This document shows positions 14,046 to 26,941 of a stretch of 64,000 bases of DNA, piece by piece. The notes under the pieces are model-generated. The model did not search any database. It saw only the letters and a program-made list of their open reading frames with translations, and was not told where the DNA came from. The stretch's first letter is position 1; every line of letters starts with the position of its first letter. The DNA is taken from assembly GCF_009834535.1 (NCBI RefSeq), contig NC_045697.1, forward strand, positions 65,660,001-65,724,000, given 5' to 3'. Origin of the DNA: Camelus ferus. Taxonomy: Eukaryota. A program made the position numbers and the translations under genes.

Positions 14046-14239
14046 ATGTTAGCAGTAATTATCATTGTCACTCCACCTCTGTTGTATTTTGGCACCTGCT
14101 TTGCTTTTTTTAGAGGGGAGGAGGCAGAATATATGTTGTGTATAACTTGTCATCTTCTCGCTCCAAGGAGATTACAGATTTTTTGGTGGCAGTGGCTGTG
14201 CTCTAGGGTTATTTTATGTTCTTACAAAGATACTACTGT

Positions 14240-14470
14240 AGGATGTGGGCTTTGAAACCTTTGCAGACTAGGTCCAAATCCTTCCCAAGTCTGCCACTTA
14301 CCAGCTTTATAGTCTTAGGCAGATTACTTAACCTCTCTGAGCCTGTTACCTCATGTGCAGAATGGGGTAATAATATTTTCTTCCCTCACATGGTTGTTAT
14401 GAGAATTAAATGTGTTATTAGGGGAAAAAAAACAGCTCCTGGTCTGGAATAAGCTTTAAATGTTATTGTT
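14240..14470 (+). mobile_element. MIR SINE
   Basis: ctgccacttaccagct...ttacttaacctctctgagcct...ggttgttatgagaattaaatg. Confidence 0.85.
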
Positions 14471-16384
14471 ATAATACTTTATTGATAAAGATGGCCTGGT
14501 GCACTCATTTAATTTGTGTCTGATTCTCATCCCTGAGCCCCATTCTAACATTTCATGAAATGATGGATTTCTTGAGTAATTTTTTTACAGCCTCAAAAAT
14601 TGCAAGAAGCATTTACAGGTAAAATAAAATCAACTGTATTTTAACATTATATTCTGACAAGAAGTTAAGGCCTTGTATTTTTGTACATCACTTTTCCAAT
14701 TAAAAAAGGAGGAAACTATTTTGGTTACATCCTTAATCTTTTTGAATTTGGGTAGTCATATTTGATACTTTGATTTAAATATGTATTAAAATAGTTATGC
14801 AAAGATACTGTAATTAAGAAGCTAATGATTGTTATTGAAACTTCTTTGTAGACTAATGCTCCATGATACAAAATTAACAAGGATATTTCGACTTTGTTTA
14901 CATGTAAAAATTGTAGTGTGTATATTGGGACCTAAAGGCACTCTCTGAATTATATTCAAGTTATTCCTGCCAGTACACTACCTTCTCTAGAATTTAACAG
15001 AATTATTTCTGAGCACGAGGATGTAGCTGGCAGCATCAAACAATTGATTTTCTACTCACGTTCCCTCTTTTCCACTCAATGAATTTTACTGCCCATGGGC
15101 AGCAACAGTTGTACCCTCTAATTCACTCCACTGTTCTCCTCCTCACATCCACAAACTGAAGTCTGCAGACAAAAAAAAAAAAACTTCTTTTTGGGAAAAG
15201 ATGAGTAAGATTAGACCATGAAATGTCACTACACCGAGGATCAGGACAATTAAGAATGTTAAATATTAGACATTTTTATTTAGCAAATACTAGCTTGATT
15301 AACTTTTGTGTTTTTTTTTAAATAACACCATATGTATTTGAAAACCTTTAAAGCATTAATTTGTTCTTTTGCATTAGGAGCTACTAAATTCTCTATACAT
15401 TTTTCAATATAGAGAATATTGCCCATGGGAGATACAAATAGTTTGCAAACACATTTGCCCTCCTTGACTTTTCAATGGGCCTGTATTGCTAGCAGTTTCT
15501 ATAAGTGCATTTCCCTTTGTTTTTTTCTCTTGATCTAAGCATTTTCTTTAAGACATATGCTTTCTACAAGAAAAATAACATATATGTGTTTTAGTGTTCA
15601 GTGTATATTCAGGTGATTCATATATTGGCTGGGGGGCAAGAGACCAGATGGAAAAGTGTTAAGAAAAGAAGGATACAGTTTTTCAGGTAATGGAAGCGTG
15701 AAAGAGAAGGAAAATGATGAAAGATACTGTTTCTGTTTTCTTGCTGACCTAGGGAACATAGTTTAGAAGTATATTTGAATTGCCTAAGCCTGTGTTTTTG
15801 ACATAGCAGGAAAAATTATATAAATCAGAAAACTGCTTGTCTTTCCCCCAAAATATATTCCTTGACCATTATTTGGTTTAATATATATAATGAGCCTGTG
15901 CTAGTTTTTCCTTTATCAAGCATTTACTGAGTATGTGCTGTGTGCTTGTTACATAATCCCTCCCTCAAATATCTTAACTCCTAGTGTAGCAGACAGAAAT
16001 GTGGACGAATAGGTGCAAAAACAGTTACACAGATTTCTTGGTAAATCTCTGTGCTTTGTAAAGAGGGGATGGACATGAGAGAATTGTCATAAAAACATTT
16101 ATAGAGGAGAAAGCACTTTTAAATTCAAAGGTAGACACAAAAACCCACAGTGATTAAGGGGTCCTTTCAGTTCAAAAATATAAAAAATAGAAGAGAAAAG
16201 TTTGAGTTAACCAAAGATAAAACAAATGGATAATTTTCCCCCAAATTAAATCAAGATTTACAATAGTAAGGATGATAACTGAAAATACATTTTCATGCAT
16301 TTATCAAAGCCTATTTGAAATTTTATCAGGAAATCTTTTCTAGTTTTGTGAAGAAAAAAACAATTACAGAAAACTTAACTCAGT

Positions 16385-16500
16385 GCATATTTATTCACTC
16401 AACAAATACTCCTGTGGCTTCTGCTATGTGCCAGCTGCCACATGAATTACTGGGAAGAAAATAGTAAAAAAGAAACCAGAGTCCCTACCCTTATGGAACG
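16385..16500 (-). mobile_element. LINE-2 3' end
   Basis: ttattcactcaacaaatact...ctatgtgccag...gtccctacccttatggaac. Confidence 0.7.
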
Positions 16501-17810
16501 TGAGCATGAACTGAATGTTAACTTCAAGTCTTCTGTGGTCCCTTCATGAAATCAAATGATACAGGCCATGAAAGCTTCTGTGCTTTCTAAAGTGTGCAAG
16601 CAGTTTTGTCAGCTTTCTGGAAACATCCTAATATTGTTAGGGAGCAAATTTGCATTTAATATCTCCTTAACTCAGATCATATTGTTTTCTGTTTTGATTT
16701 TAAGAAGAAAATGTGATTGGTAATAACAATAAAATGGGCACAATTATTTAGAAGGGAGTGTTTATGCCAAGAAAATTACAGAGGCAGATTAAGATTTGCA
16801 AGGAGATGGCAGTTTTCCAGTAATTGCTCTCTTGATGTCTGTGCAGCAGGTTTGATTCAGGGCTGGCTGCTCTTTGTGAGCTTCTTTCCTTGCAAAGAGA
16901 GGTCTGCTGCATCACCTAATGATGTTTTATCTACTCTTCTGTGGTTTCATCCACATCAACACTAACAGTGCTATCCGATGCCACCATCAACATTCGGAGG
17001 AAGGTTTGTCTTGCCATCACAAGACTGCTCTCACATCTGCCGTGGAGCGCTCCCAATTCATCAGATGGATATTCTTTTAAAAGGCTTTCCTGGGGAAGAG
17101 AAATAAGTATTTGAGAGACGGTTATGATCATTTGTAACCTACTGCACAAGTTTTGATTGTCTTATCATAGGAACGTTTCCAGGTTTTGTGCAGCCTAAAG
17201 CTTATACAATTAGAGGAGGGAATACTACTTTAAAAAAAAAATACCAATTACAAATTCAGAATTAGATACAAAAATGAATATTAGAATAAAAAAGGGATCA
17301 CATTTTTTTCATGTTACAAAAGTAGAAGAGCTGATACACACCATAGATATCACAAAATCCAGCAAAGTAACCGTACATTGTTTTAATTAACTGTCAGAAA
17401 CACTTCTGTAATGCTTTTTCCCTTTAATTTCTTATGTGGGTATTGATTTCCTCTTTATGAAGGACTTTGTAAGATAATTTTCTGTAGAGAGATTAGAAAG
17501 ATAACTCAGTCTTTCCACTTAGCATGGTGATCAAAGTCAATTTTTTTTTATTATTGACAGTCTAAAATAGCTTCTTCCAGCTTCACAGCTCATTACTGGT
17601 TATGACATGTCAATTTTTAGAATGGTTGCAAAACTGGGGAAATCTTCAATCAAGTTTATTTCATATATGAACTGGCAGATTTGGAAGAACATTTTACAGA
17701 CTAGCTTGTGGCTCTGAATATTTCGAACTGTTTTTCTGCTTGACCACCCATGTTGTTACAGTGTCAAACCCAGGACACCATCACATCACAATACAGCATC
17801 CAACCTGCAC

Positions 17811-18101
17811 TTTTTTTAATATACATATTTTATTGAAGTGTAATGAGTTTACAATGTTGTGTCAGTTTCTGGTGTACAGCATAAGGCTTCAGTCATATGT
17901 GAACATACATATATTCATTTTCATATTCTTCTTCACCATAATTTATTACAAGATAGTGAATATAGTTCCCTGTGCTATACAGTATGAACTTTTTGTTCAT
18001 TTTTTATATATATTACTCACAAACATAGAAAACAAACTTATGATTACCAGGAGGGGAAGTGAGGGGAGAAGGGATAAATTGGAGTTCAAGATTTGCAAAT
18101 A

Positions 18102-18168
<67 letters not shown>

Positions 18169-18176
18169 GATAAATG
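17811..18176 (-). mobile_element. Short LINE-1 insertion with 5' inversion
   Basis: 17811-18014 is an antisense L1 3' end and 18015-18176 is the adjacent upstream L1 piece on the + strand; flanked by ACCTGCAC(T/C)TTTT. Confidence 0.88.
18105..18162. repeat. (AT)n microsatellite, about 29 units
   Basis: Seen directly. Confidence 0.97.
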
Positions 18177-19526
18177 ACCTGCACCTTTTATCAGGAGTTT
18201 CATACATCACTCTGGTAAGTGGTCAGAGGATTCCAGGCCTGAGGGCTATAACTTAACCATCTGTGGAAATGAGTGCAAATCACCTAAATTTTTCTTTCTA
18301 AATTTCTTTAAAATATACCCAAATCAACTTTCCCTTAGCCTGATGCAAAAAATAGCTAAAGCTGCTTTATTGTCCCTCGTCCAAGTGGAAGCGTGATAGA
18401 GGGGGAGGTCGGTATAGAAGGCAACAGGAGTCTTAACTGACTGTAATTAAAATATTTTAATTTTGCCAAACAAGTGAGGGATCCTGACGCCTGAGTTCTG
18501 TTAGCTTCCCAGTGAGTCAGCTTCTGCTTTTGATGCATTTACTCGACCTTGGCACACCAGTCTCCCCTGGACTCTGCCTGGTCCAAAAGAAAGTCAGCAT
18601 CTTATAAGATTTGCTTAACATTCCTCTCAGGAATCGTAACTCCATTCTGCCTTCATTTTCTTTAGCCCTGTCACTTCTGTATCAGACCAAAGACTGATTG
18701 ATCATAAGACAAATAAGACTGGGAAGCTGAAAAGGTGTGCATGAATCATATGGATCCTCTACAACTCTCTGATCCAAGATCTTGGGTATTAAGTAAGGCT
18801 TTCCAAAAAAATTTTTTTGGAGAATGGGCTGAACTTACACCTCTGAGATTTCAGCTGTATTTATTCCTTTTTATTTTGTTTTTGTAGAAGATACATAACA
18901 GAACTGAGATGCTCAGTGAATATGAAAGGAATGAGTGCCAGTGACTTCAGTAAATATTGATCAAAACATTTTTTTCTGGTGTATGTGATGGTGAGATTTC
19001 TTAGTGAAGTGCTCCCAGCATTTGTTCGACACTGTCTCTAGAACATTTAATGAAACATAATACAGCCTTATCACCAAGGCGACTGGACACGCAGAAGGTG
19101 GTGGAAAGCTTTCGTTAAACTGTACCAATGGACTACGAATTTATTCTCTTCCCAAGTTTTCCACCATCAAAAGCCGAGGGAGAAAGATACTAATATGACG
19201 AAATCATAGCATCTACTGACAGCACAATAATTGTTTAGTTCTGAACTTTTTGGGGAAAAAAAACAAACTATTTTTTTAGGCTTGTACCTCAGCCACATGT
19301 CTTTAATTGACTGAAGTGTGGAATAAAACTTACAAGATAGATGTGAAACAGTTTACTGTTTCGTTGCACGAGGCATGAATGCTGTAGGTGGTTTTTACTT
19401 TCATGGGTAATAATGCCATTTTTCAATGAACATCACCAGTTTCCTTGGCACATTTTAACAAATCACTTCTTGAATGGTTAATTATAAAAAAGCCAGCAAA
19501 GAGAAAAGTAGAGAGTGAATTATGTG

Positions 19527-20114
19527 AATCGGAGAAGAAGAAATTTTCCTTTACCCTTCTAGGTTCTTCTGGCTGGTCTAAAAGTTGAATTGACATGAGC
19601 CAGATTAACAGGGAAAAGAATCACACAGAAGTTTAATCACACATATACATGGGAGAATAACATATATACATGGGAGGGACCAAGGAAAACTGACTGGGTA
19701 ACTCACCAAAAGGGCTGAAATCCTCACGTTAAATACCACCTTCGGCCAAAGACAAAAAAGGATGTTGGGGTAGTGGTTTGGGACTTCAGAGGGGAGAAAG
19801 GCAATTCACATGGAGTTGGAAAAGCAAATGTTTGGTAAACAAATGTTTGCTGGACCATGTAGAGACATAGGATACAGAGAAATTTTAACAAACAGACTTT
19901 CCTGGATCCCTCCTTGTCTACACACCTAGTTCACACTGTAGTTATCTGTGATATCCTCCTTCCTGGGCCAGATCCTCTAACTTCTTCGTTCTTTTAGGCA
20001 GTTAGGGGAAAAGTCAAAGATATTCCCAAATCTTTTGGGCCTTGCTTGTTTTCAGCTCAAAATAATCTGCATGCTAGAAAGACATTTGAGGGTAGCAAAT
20101 TTTGTTTCCCTATA
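19527..20114 (-). mobile_element. ERV1 solo LTR (MER34-like)
   Basis: Termini match the reverse complement of the 13245-13784 LTR; very similar along its length to 26942-27505. Confidence 0.85.
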
Positions 20115-20709
20115 GAGATATAATAAACCAGAACTCAAAGTATATCCAGGGCCTCTGTGTTCCAGCTGACCAGTTAATCCCTAAACTATACAGCTTTTAT
20201 ATCCATAGATATGTCTTAGTAAATCTGGAAATAGAAAATATTCTAAATTGGTAATATTATGAAAGGCAAGTGTTACAGAATAAGAGAACCAACCCACAAC
20301 TCTATTTTTATTTGTCAGACATATTGTTGAAATTGGAAAGGACCAAATGTCCAACCTACTCATATATAGGTGAGAAAACTGAAATCTAAGGAACTTAAGT
20401 GACTTGTCCTAAGCCTATGACCTGCTCATGATAGTCAGGTCTGCTGATTAATCCAGGGCTCTCTTCCCTGAACTAATTTTTTTTTCTATCCATCCTGCAG
20501 GGGTGACTAATTTTCTGTGACATGACACTCAGTTTTTAGACTAAGCAGTGTTTGCGATTTTCTCACAAATTACTGCTTTCGGATAGTACCTTATTCTCTT
20601 GCTCATAATTGATGAATATAGAAATGTCAACTCTCAAAAAATAAGATTTTGTGGTTGAAATTTTTCATAAAGTCTTATATAAATTCTCTGCATATTTTTT
20701 TGCTGCACG

Positions 20710-21305
20710 TGTTGATTTCCTATTGCTGCTGTAACAAATCATCACCTACAGTGGCTTAAAACAAGACAGATTTATTATCTTACAGTTCTGCAGAGCAAAA
20801 GCTCGAAATGGGTCTTACAAGTTAACATTAAGATGGCACCAGTGCTGTGTTCTTTCTGGAAGTTCCAGTGTACAGCCCATTCCCTCATCTTTCCCAGCTT
20901 TTAGAAGTCACTCACGTTCTTTGGTTCGTGGCCTGTTCCTCTATCAGCATAACATCTTCCAGTCTCTCTTTGTCGCTAATCCTCCTAACATCCTCTTTAT
21001 AAAGACCTTTGTCTTTTTTGGGGGGGAGAGGTAATTAGGTTTATTTTTCTTTTATTTTTTTTAATGGAGGTACTACAGATTGAACCCAGGGCCGCATGTA
21101 TGCTAAGCACATGCTCTACCACTGAGCTACACCCTCCCCCTGTAAGACCTTTGTCTTTTTAAAGACATTAGACCTGAAACTGTTTTAATTTTTATTTTAA
21201 TTTTAAATTAACTTTAATTTTAATGTTTAATTTAAAAAACATTAGACCTAACTGGATAATCCCAGATAATCACCCCATCTCAAAATCCACAATTTAATCA
21301 CATCT
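20710..21305 (-). mobile_element. MaLR LTR (MLT1-type) containing a SINE insertion
   Basis: ttcctattgctgctgtaacaaat...gtggcttaaaacaagacagatttattatcttacagttctg. Confidence 0.85.
21019..21143 (-). mobile_element. tRNA-derived SINE (vic-1-like camelid SINE) with 17-bp TSD
   Basis: A box TAGCTCAGTGG and B box GGTTCAATC; TSD AAGACCTTTGTCTTTTT at 21002-21018 and 21144-21160. Confidence 0.9.
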
Positions 21306-21731
21306 ATCTGTTTTCTCGAACTGCCGTAACAAATTACCACCAACTTGCTCACTTAAAACAGTAAGAATTTATTCACTCATAGTTCTGGAGGGCGGAAGTT
21401 TGAAATTACTGTGTTGTGAGGGATACACTCTCTGGAGTCTCTAGGAAAGAAACCTTCCTAGCTCTTCCAGCTTCTGGGGGCTCCAGGCGTTCCTTGGCTT
21501 CTGGCAATGTAGCTCCAGTCTCTGCTTGCATCTTTACATCACCTTCTTTATGTCTCTGTGCGTCCGTTTTGCCTCTTACAGGAACATTGTCACTGGGTTT
21601 AGGACCTGTCCTAATCCTCATCCCTATCCCTACTTTCATTATATCTGCAAAGACCCTGTTTCCACATAAGGTCATGTTCTGAGGTTCCACGTAGACATGA
21701 ATTTGGGGGAAACACTATTCAACGTACTACA
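21306..21731 (-). mobile_element. MaLR LTR (MLT1B/C-like)
   Basis: ctgccgtaacaaattaccac...atctgcaaagaccctgtttccacataaggtca...acactattcaacgtactaca. Confidence 0.88.
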
Positions 21732-23079
21732 GACACAAAGCTGTATTAAAGAATTATTATTTATAATTAACTTGCTAGCTAATTTTTTCCTACTCGTCTT
21801 TACTTGGAAAAAATAAATAAATAATTAGCCCTCTTCTTCCCCAGTGCTGTGGACCTTTTTCCTGTTATTATTAACATCGCCCCTGCTCTTAGGAATTCTC
21901 TCAATGCTAAGTAATAGTAAGAGGAAGAAAGATAGTAATGATTCTCATTGGATTTTTTTTACTATGTACTAAGCATAGTCCTTGATACTTTACATTCAGT
22001 CCCACAACAATCAGATGGTTTTATTGTTTTATCTTACACATGAAAAAAAATGAGGTTCAAAAAGCCTCAGTAATTTGGCCAGCATTACATACATAGAAAG
22101 TGGCAGAGGTCAGAGTCAGATACAAACAACAAAATAGCCCCCCTCTTCCAATTTTCCAGAGTCTACATCACAAGGTCCATTCTGCCTCAGTCTATTTCCC
22201 AAACACATATATTCTTCAATTCTCACTTTTGAATTCACCTCCAGGTTTCTGCACTAGCAATTAACAATTAATGCATCACATTCAAGATTTTTGTATATAA
22301 ACCTCACAAATAACAACACCACCAACAACTAGAACTTCAAAAGTTTGATGAGTAGCAATAAAAAGGGAAAACAAATCAACCAACAAACAAGGTATCTGTA
22401 AACTGTGCTGTTAGATTTGGGAACCACAGGAAGCAGATGGAAAATGCTGAAACATTTATAGAGACACTGAAAAAAAATCTTCTATTAAATTGGAAAGGGT
22501 TTTAGGATTCTGGTCTTAGGTCACAACTGAAACAAAAACAATTATAGAAAAACATGACTGTTTGTGAATAAAAGCATGTCCAGAGATTCCTTGACTTACT
22601 AAGTGAACTTATCTCGGGAAACACATATTTTCCTAAAATATTGTGAATAGGAGGTGCTGGGCCTCTAAAGTCTCTTGACCTTATAACTATGCAAGTAAAC
22701 AAACAAACAAGTGAAAGTAACAATATTGTTACCACGTTTGTTGATAAACAAAACTAGGGAAAAATAAAGTGAACATTTGAATAATGGTCCTGAAATAGGA
22801 AGGTTTTGGGGTGTTGACAGAATCAGTAAATACCTGACAGTTCTACCTTTTGGTAAGCATTTAATATAAAGAGAGCTTTTTACTCTTTTTCTTCTTTTCC
22901 TGTTCTTTCATATTTTTCCCTAGTGATTTAAAATTTTGCTCTTTTATGTGTAGAATGCTTCTTTTCTTCTATGAACTGAGCTATTTTCTACTGTTGAATT
23001 TTTCCTAATTTTGTAAGAAAATACAATAAAATTATTGCAAGGGATATGCATGGACTCTCCACCCTTAGTGAGAATCAGT

Positions 23080-23400
23080 AAAAGGTTCTCTTCAATTGTC
23101 CAAGTATCCCTAGCTCGCTACTCTCACTTTCACTCTCTCCCTTGGTGATTTTACATCAAACCATGAGTTTATTAACATCTGTTAAAATGATGGTAGCCAA
23201 ACCTACAACTCCAGAGATTCTGCTTCTGAGCATATATCCAATCACCTATTGTACTTGTCCACTCGGATCACTTGAGTGACCCCAGTCACCTTAGTTTCCA
23301 CATATCCAAACCTAGTGACATCACCCTTCATCGCAAACCTGGCCTCCCTGTAAATGGCAGTACCAATCTCCCATTCAGCCACCCGCTACTCAGGGTCCTC
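23080..23400 (+). mobile_element. LINE-2 fragment
   Basis: ctctcactttcactctctcccttggtgat...atatccaatcacctattgtacttgtccactcggat. Confidence 0.6.
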
Positions 23401-23639
23401 CCAGATGGTTCCTTCAGACTCAGGACTTCACTGGTTGCCAAATATGGATGACAGAAAATGTTGTCTTCCAAACATTTCTCATACTTTTCCCTTATCTCTG
23501 TGTCTTCTGTTTATTTACATTATCTCTATACCTGGACTCTGGATCCCATTCAAATCATCATCCTTTCGTCATTAAGTAGTTTCATAAAGCTGAATCCTTC
23601 AGTGGCTTCCTCTAGCTTTCAACATAGGATTAATAATGA

Positions 23640-23880
23640 TGATGATTGCCATTTTTATGTTTATTACATGTTAGTTACTATTCTAGACACTTGACCTGCA
23701 TATCTTTGCATTAGTTCTCATCTGTCACCAATCTTGTAAGATAGACATCACTCTAATTTTATAAATGGAGAAACTGAGGTTAAGAAGGCTTAAGTAACTT
23801 GCCCAAGACTACTGAACCTAGTTGGTGCTTAGCTGGGGCTTAATCCTAGGATGGCCTTGCAGCAAACCCTTCTATTCCAC
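23640..23880 (-). mobile_element. MIR SINE
   Basis: ttttataaatggagaaactgaggttaagaaggcttaagtaacttgcccaag. Confidence 0.85.
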
Positions 23881-24329
23881 TGGACCTGTTGCTAAATTAC
23901 AATTTGTGAAATCAACACATGAGCTCATAATGATCTGTGACACTCCACTGCTGAGCCTCCCTAGCTTGGGCAGTTGCTTCAGCAATACCAAGGTATTTAC
24001 TATGTCTTCTTCTTTCTTCTCTCTCTCTTCCTCTCTCTCTCTGTCTGTCTCATTAAACTTAATACATATGCATCTTTTAAAAAATTATTCAAGAATACAT
24101 TCAGGTTATTTAAAAAATTCACTTCAAATAAAGAAGTAATTAGAGTAAATTATCCCTCCTCTACACAGCCCCAATCTCCTCCCAAGAGAGCTAGTCGCTT
24201 TCACACTTTAGTCTTGACTGTGAATTCATTTAATCTAAAGACTTGGATCTCCTCTGCTCTGGGAAATTTCCTTCTATCATTTCTCTGTATTGACTCTCCT
24301 CTCCACCTCTGGAGCTCCTGTAGAGCAAT

Positions 24330-24770
24330 CTTTCTGCAATCTGGTAAAGTTTATGGAACTACACTTCAAATTGTGGGAAATTACATTCATAGGGTTACAA
24401 AGAAAATAAATTATATTACAATTTAGGTATCAGAATACTAAAAAGTATAATAGAGTAGCATAATTCTTTATGAATGCATCAATAAAAAGATCTAGTAACA
24501 CATTTAACAGGTATCTAAATTCTGCAGTAGTGATGAGCATAAATTACATTTTGAGATGCCTGCAGCCATGTATGCTGTCATGTGAAAATATCTGGACTTC
24601 CTGTTGGTAATAAATTCACAAGTGCTACCAGTACTGCTGTGATTTTTGCCTACATTCATCATTGAAGGAATTATTCAGTTCAGTTAGAGTTTATTGAAAA
24701 AGATGTAATTTCTTCTCCTATCCAAAGACTCCTTGAAATGTATCCATGACCTTGTGTTAGTATTACTGGG
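24330..24770. mobile_element. MER119-like hAT-Charlie element within an old L1 remnant
   Basis: gtagtgatgagcataaattacattttgagat...gcctacattcatcattgaaggaa...agttagag. Confidence 0.7.
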
Positions 24771-25574
24771 ATTTTAGAATCTTTATTATGTCTATTTTTC
24801 TTATATTTTCTCTCATAGTTTTCAACTCTTTGTCTTTTTATACTGTGTTCTAAGATGAACTTTTTGTTTAGATATTTTATTACATTGGTAAAGAGAGCTT
24901 ATGTTACACTATAACCATTTTTTCCTACCTGCTGTGCTAAAATTTCATGTCTAAAATAATGAGGAAATTACAAATAGAAGCATTCAATTACTCAAAGTGA
25001 AGTTTCCAAAGGAAAAAGAAATTGCAGTGAGGTGAAGATAGATTCTTTGAGAGAAATGGTATTAAGGAACCTTTTGCATACCACTAAAAATGTTTATTAA
25101 ATAATCATTCTTTGTGTGAGACTAGATAAACTCAGAGAAGATCCAAAATCTGGAGATGATAATTCCAATTTAGCCTTTGCTGTTACTTTCTGTTTAGTCT
25201 GGAAAGCAATTCTATAGTCAATCAATTTGGAGGTGAAAATATTTGGGTGAAATTACCTTCATGAAAACTCTGAACAAATAAAAAAGAATGATCAAGGACC
25301 TTACAATAGAATTATACTGATATGTTACATGGTAAATGTTAAAAGCCGATTTCTCTGAATAGAAATTACTGTCTAATGAAGAGAAAAAAAGAAGACGGAG
25401 GAGAAGGAGGTTAGGAAGAGAGACACCATGAATAAACTAAGAACGTTTACAAAATAAAACAAAACCCACAGGAGCAGATTAAGAATTCTTTCGCCTCTGG
25501 AATGACAAGTTCTTTATCCGTGTTCCGTATGTTTTAAACGTTTGCCTCTCCTTTAATTCTCATTGAGATCACAC

Positions 25575-26330
25575 CGGGCTACGGAAGATCGGGCTGCGGG
25601 GCTGGGATAACCTGTCCCAGAGCTGACGGACAGGGCCCCTCTCGGCGTCCCTCTCACAATGACAGGCCCTATTCTTCACACCCTGTGCTATACAATAGCT
25701 CTTCAAGGGAGAAGACAAACAGAAAATGCATCAAATCCCAGAGGAGCTGTCCATTTTTTCCCGTTGCCACCAGCTAATGCTCTCATTCTGATACAGACCC
25801 ACCCACCACTCGGCTGAAGTCAATGAGCAGCTTCCCCCAAGGGCTGCGCAGTCGCGCTCACGCTGCCTGCGGCGGCCGGGCCCGGGTCCCGCCGGCGCCG
25901 TCTCCCGGGGCTGCTGCCGTGAAGCCCGAGGCCCGAAAAGGGGTTGGAAGTATTTACATTATTTACTGACGGTAACTAAAACGCAAGATACTCCCCCTCA
26001 AAAGCGTAGATTTGTGGCTTCTCTGAACAAACAAGGAAATTCGCCAACCGCAGGCCTGCTTTCCGGCTCGACCACACTCTGCTGGACCCAGGTTCCTTCT
26101 TCCCGACTTGGGTGGGGCATGAACTCTTCAGCGTCTCATCAGACACATCATCCCCAAACGGGAGTCCCAGCCCTTCAGCCTAGACTTCAGCGAAGTTCAG
26201 AGCCCTTCCCTCCCGTGCTTTTTCAGACATGCTGCTCGTTTCGCTGGCGCAGTGCTGACCTCTTTCCTGCCCCCATCCTTCAGGATCTCACGACTTTAAT
26301 CTCTTCAGGAGCCTTGTCGGAGCACCCAGT
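25575..26330. promoter_or_regulatory. CpG/GC-rich non-repeat intronic island; candidate enhancer or internal promoter
   Basis: I count 16 CpG in 25841-25940 against a strongly CpG-depleted background. SOX-type ACAAT motifs at 25656 and 25692. No recognisable repeat. Confidence 0.55.
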
Positions 26331-26549
26331 CTAAAGTGATCCACCTCCCCAACCCCTGTCAATGGTCTGTGCGATTTTGTAGCAGTTAATTGTGGTCTCT
26401 CTTCTGATACCCTGTTGTAGATATCTTGACATTTAATGAAATATTTAACTTTTCACGGATATATATCTTTTTTTTTTTTTTTTGGCCTTCCTTTTCAAAA
26501 TAATTTTTCTACAACTGGATCGAGTTCTGGTGTCTGTGACTTCGGGGCA

Positions 26550-26770
26550 GAGCCTAGCAGCACTGCTGTTTACTTGCTGCGTAAGTCTCGGCAGAATGTT
26601 CATACTCTCTAATCTTCAGTCACTTCTAATGTTTGTAAAATGAGGATGAGAACAGTCCATCCTCAGAGTTATTGTAAACTTTATGAGATAATGCACAGTA
26701 AGCATTTTGCACAGTGTCCCAGTGTCTGGGATGCACTAAGAACTCAATAAAAATGTTTGGTTATTATCAC
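26550..26770 (+). mobile_element. MIR SINE
   Basis: tgtaaaatgaggatgagaacag...gttattgtaaactttatgagataatgcac. Confidence 0.75.
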
Positions 26771-26941
26771 TCTACCATTGTCATTCTCTTGAGAGTTATT
26801 AAAGTGACTTGCTCCTGATTTCTTTTTAGTCGTAAGCCTTTCACTGCCCTAGGAATCTGCACAACTAACTTTCCTCCATTCTTCCTGGTAATTAATATCA
26901 CCATAAAATAGTTTTCTAGTATTCTGAGATTCCCTTGTTAC

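Larger units (their letters stand above)
17168..18526 (-). mobile_element. hAT-Tip100 element (Arthur1/MER69-like) carrying a hAT dimerisation-domain relic, interrupted by L1
   Basis: Ends ccaggttttgtgcagcctaaagcttatacaatt and caagtgagggatcctga...cttctg. Minus strand ~17540-17680 reads FPSFATILKIDMS*PVMSCEAGRSYFRLSIIK (hAT C-terminal motif). Confidence 0.8.

Noticed and set aside
23974..24426. Longest ORFs in the track (150 aa here, 147 aa at 62709, 136 aa at 7506)
   Set aside because: Non-ATG starts, low-complexity composition, overlap with repeats in two cases, and no recognisable protein similarity.
26014..26334. 106-aa ORF beside the CpG island
   Set aside because: GTG start, no recognisable domain, and open frames are expected in GC-rich DNA.
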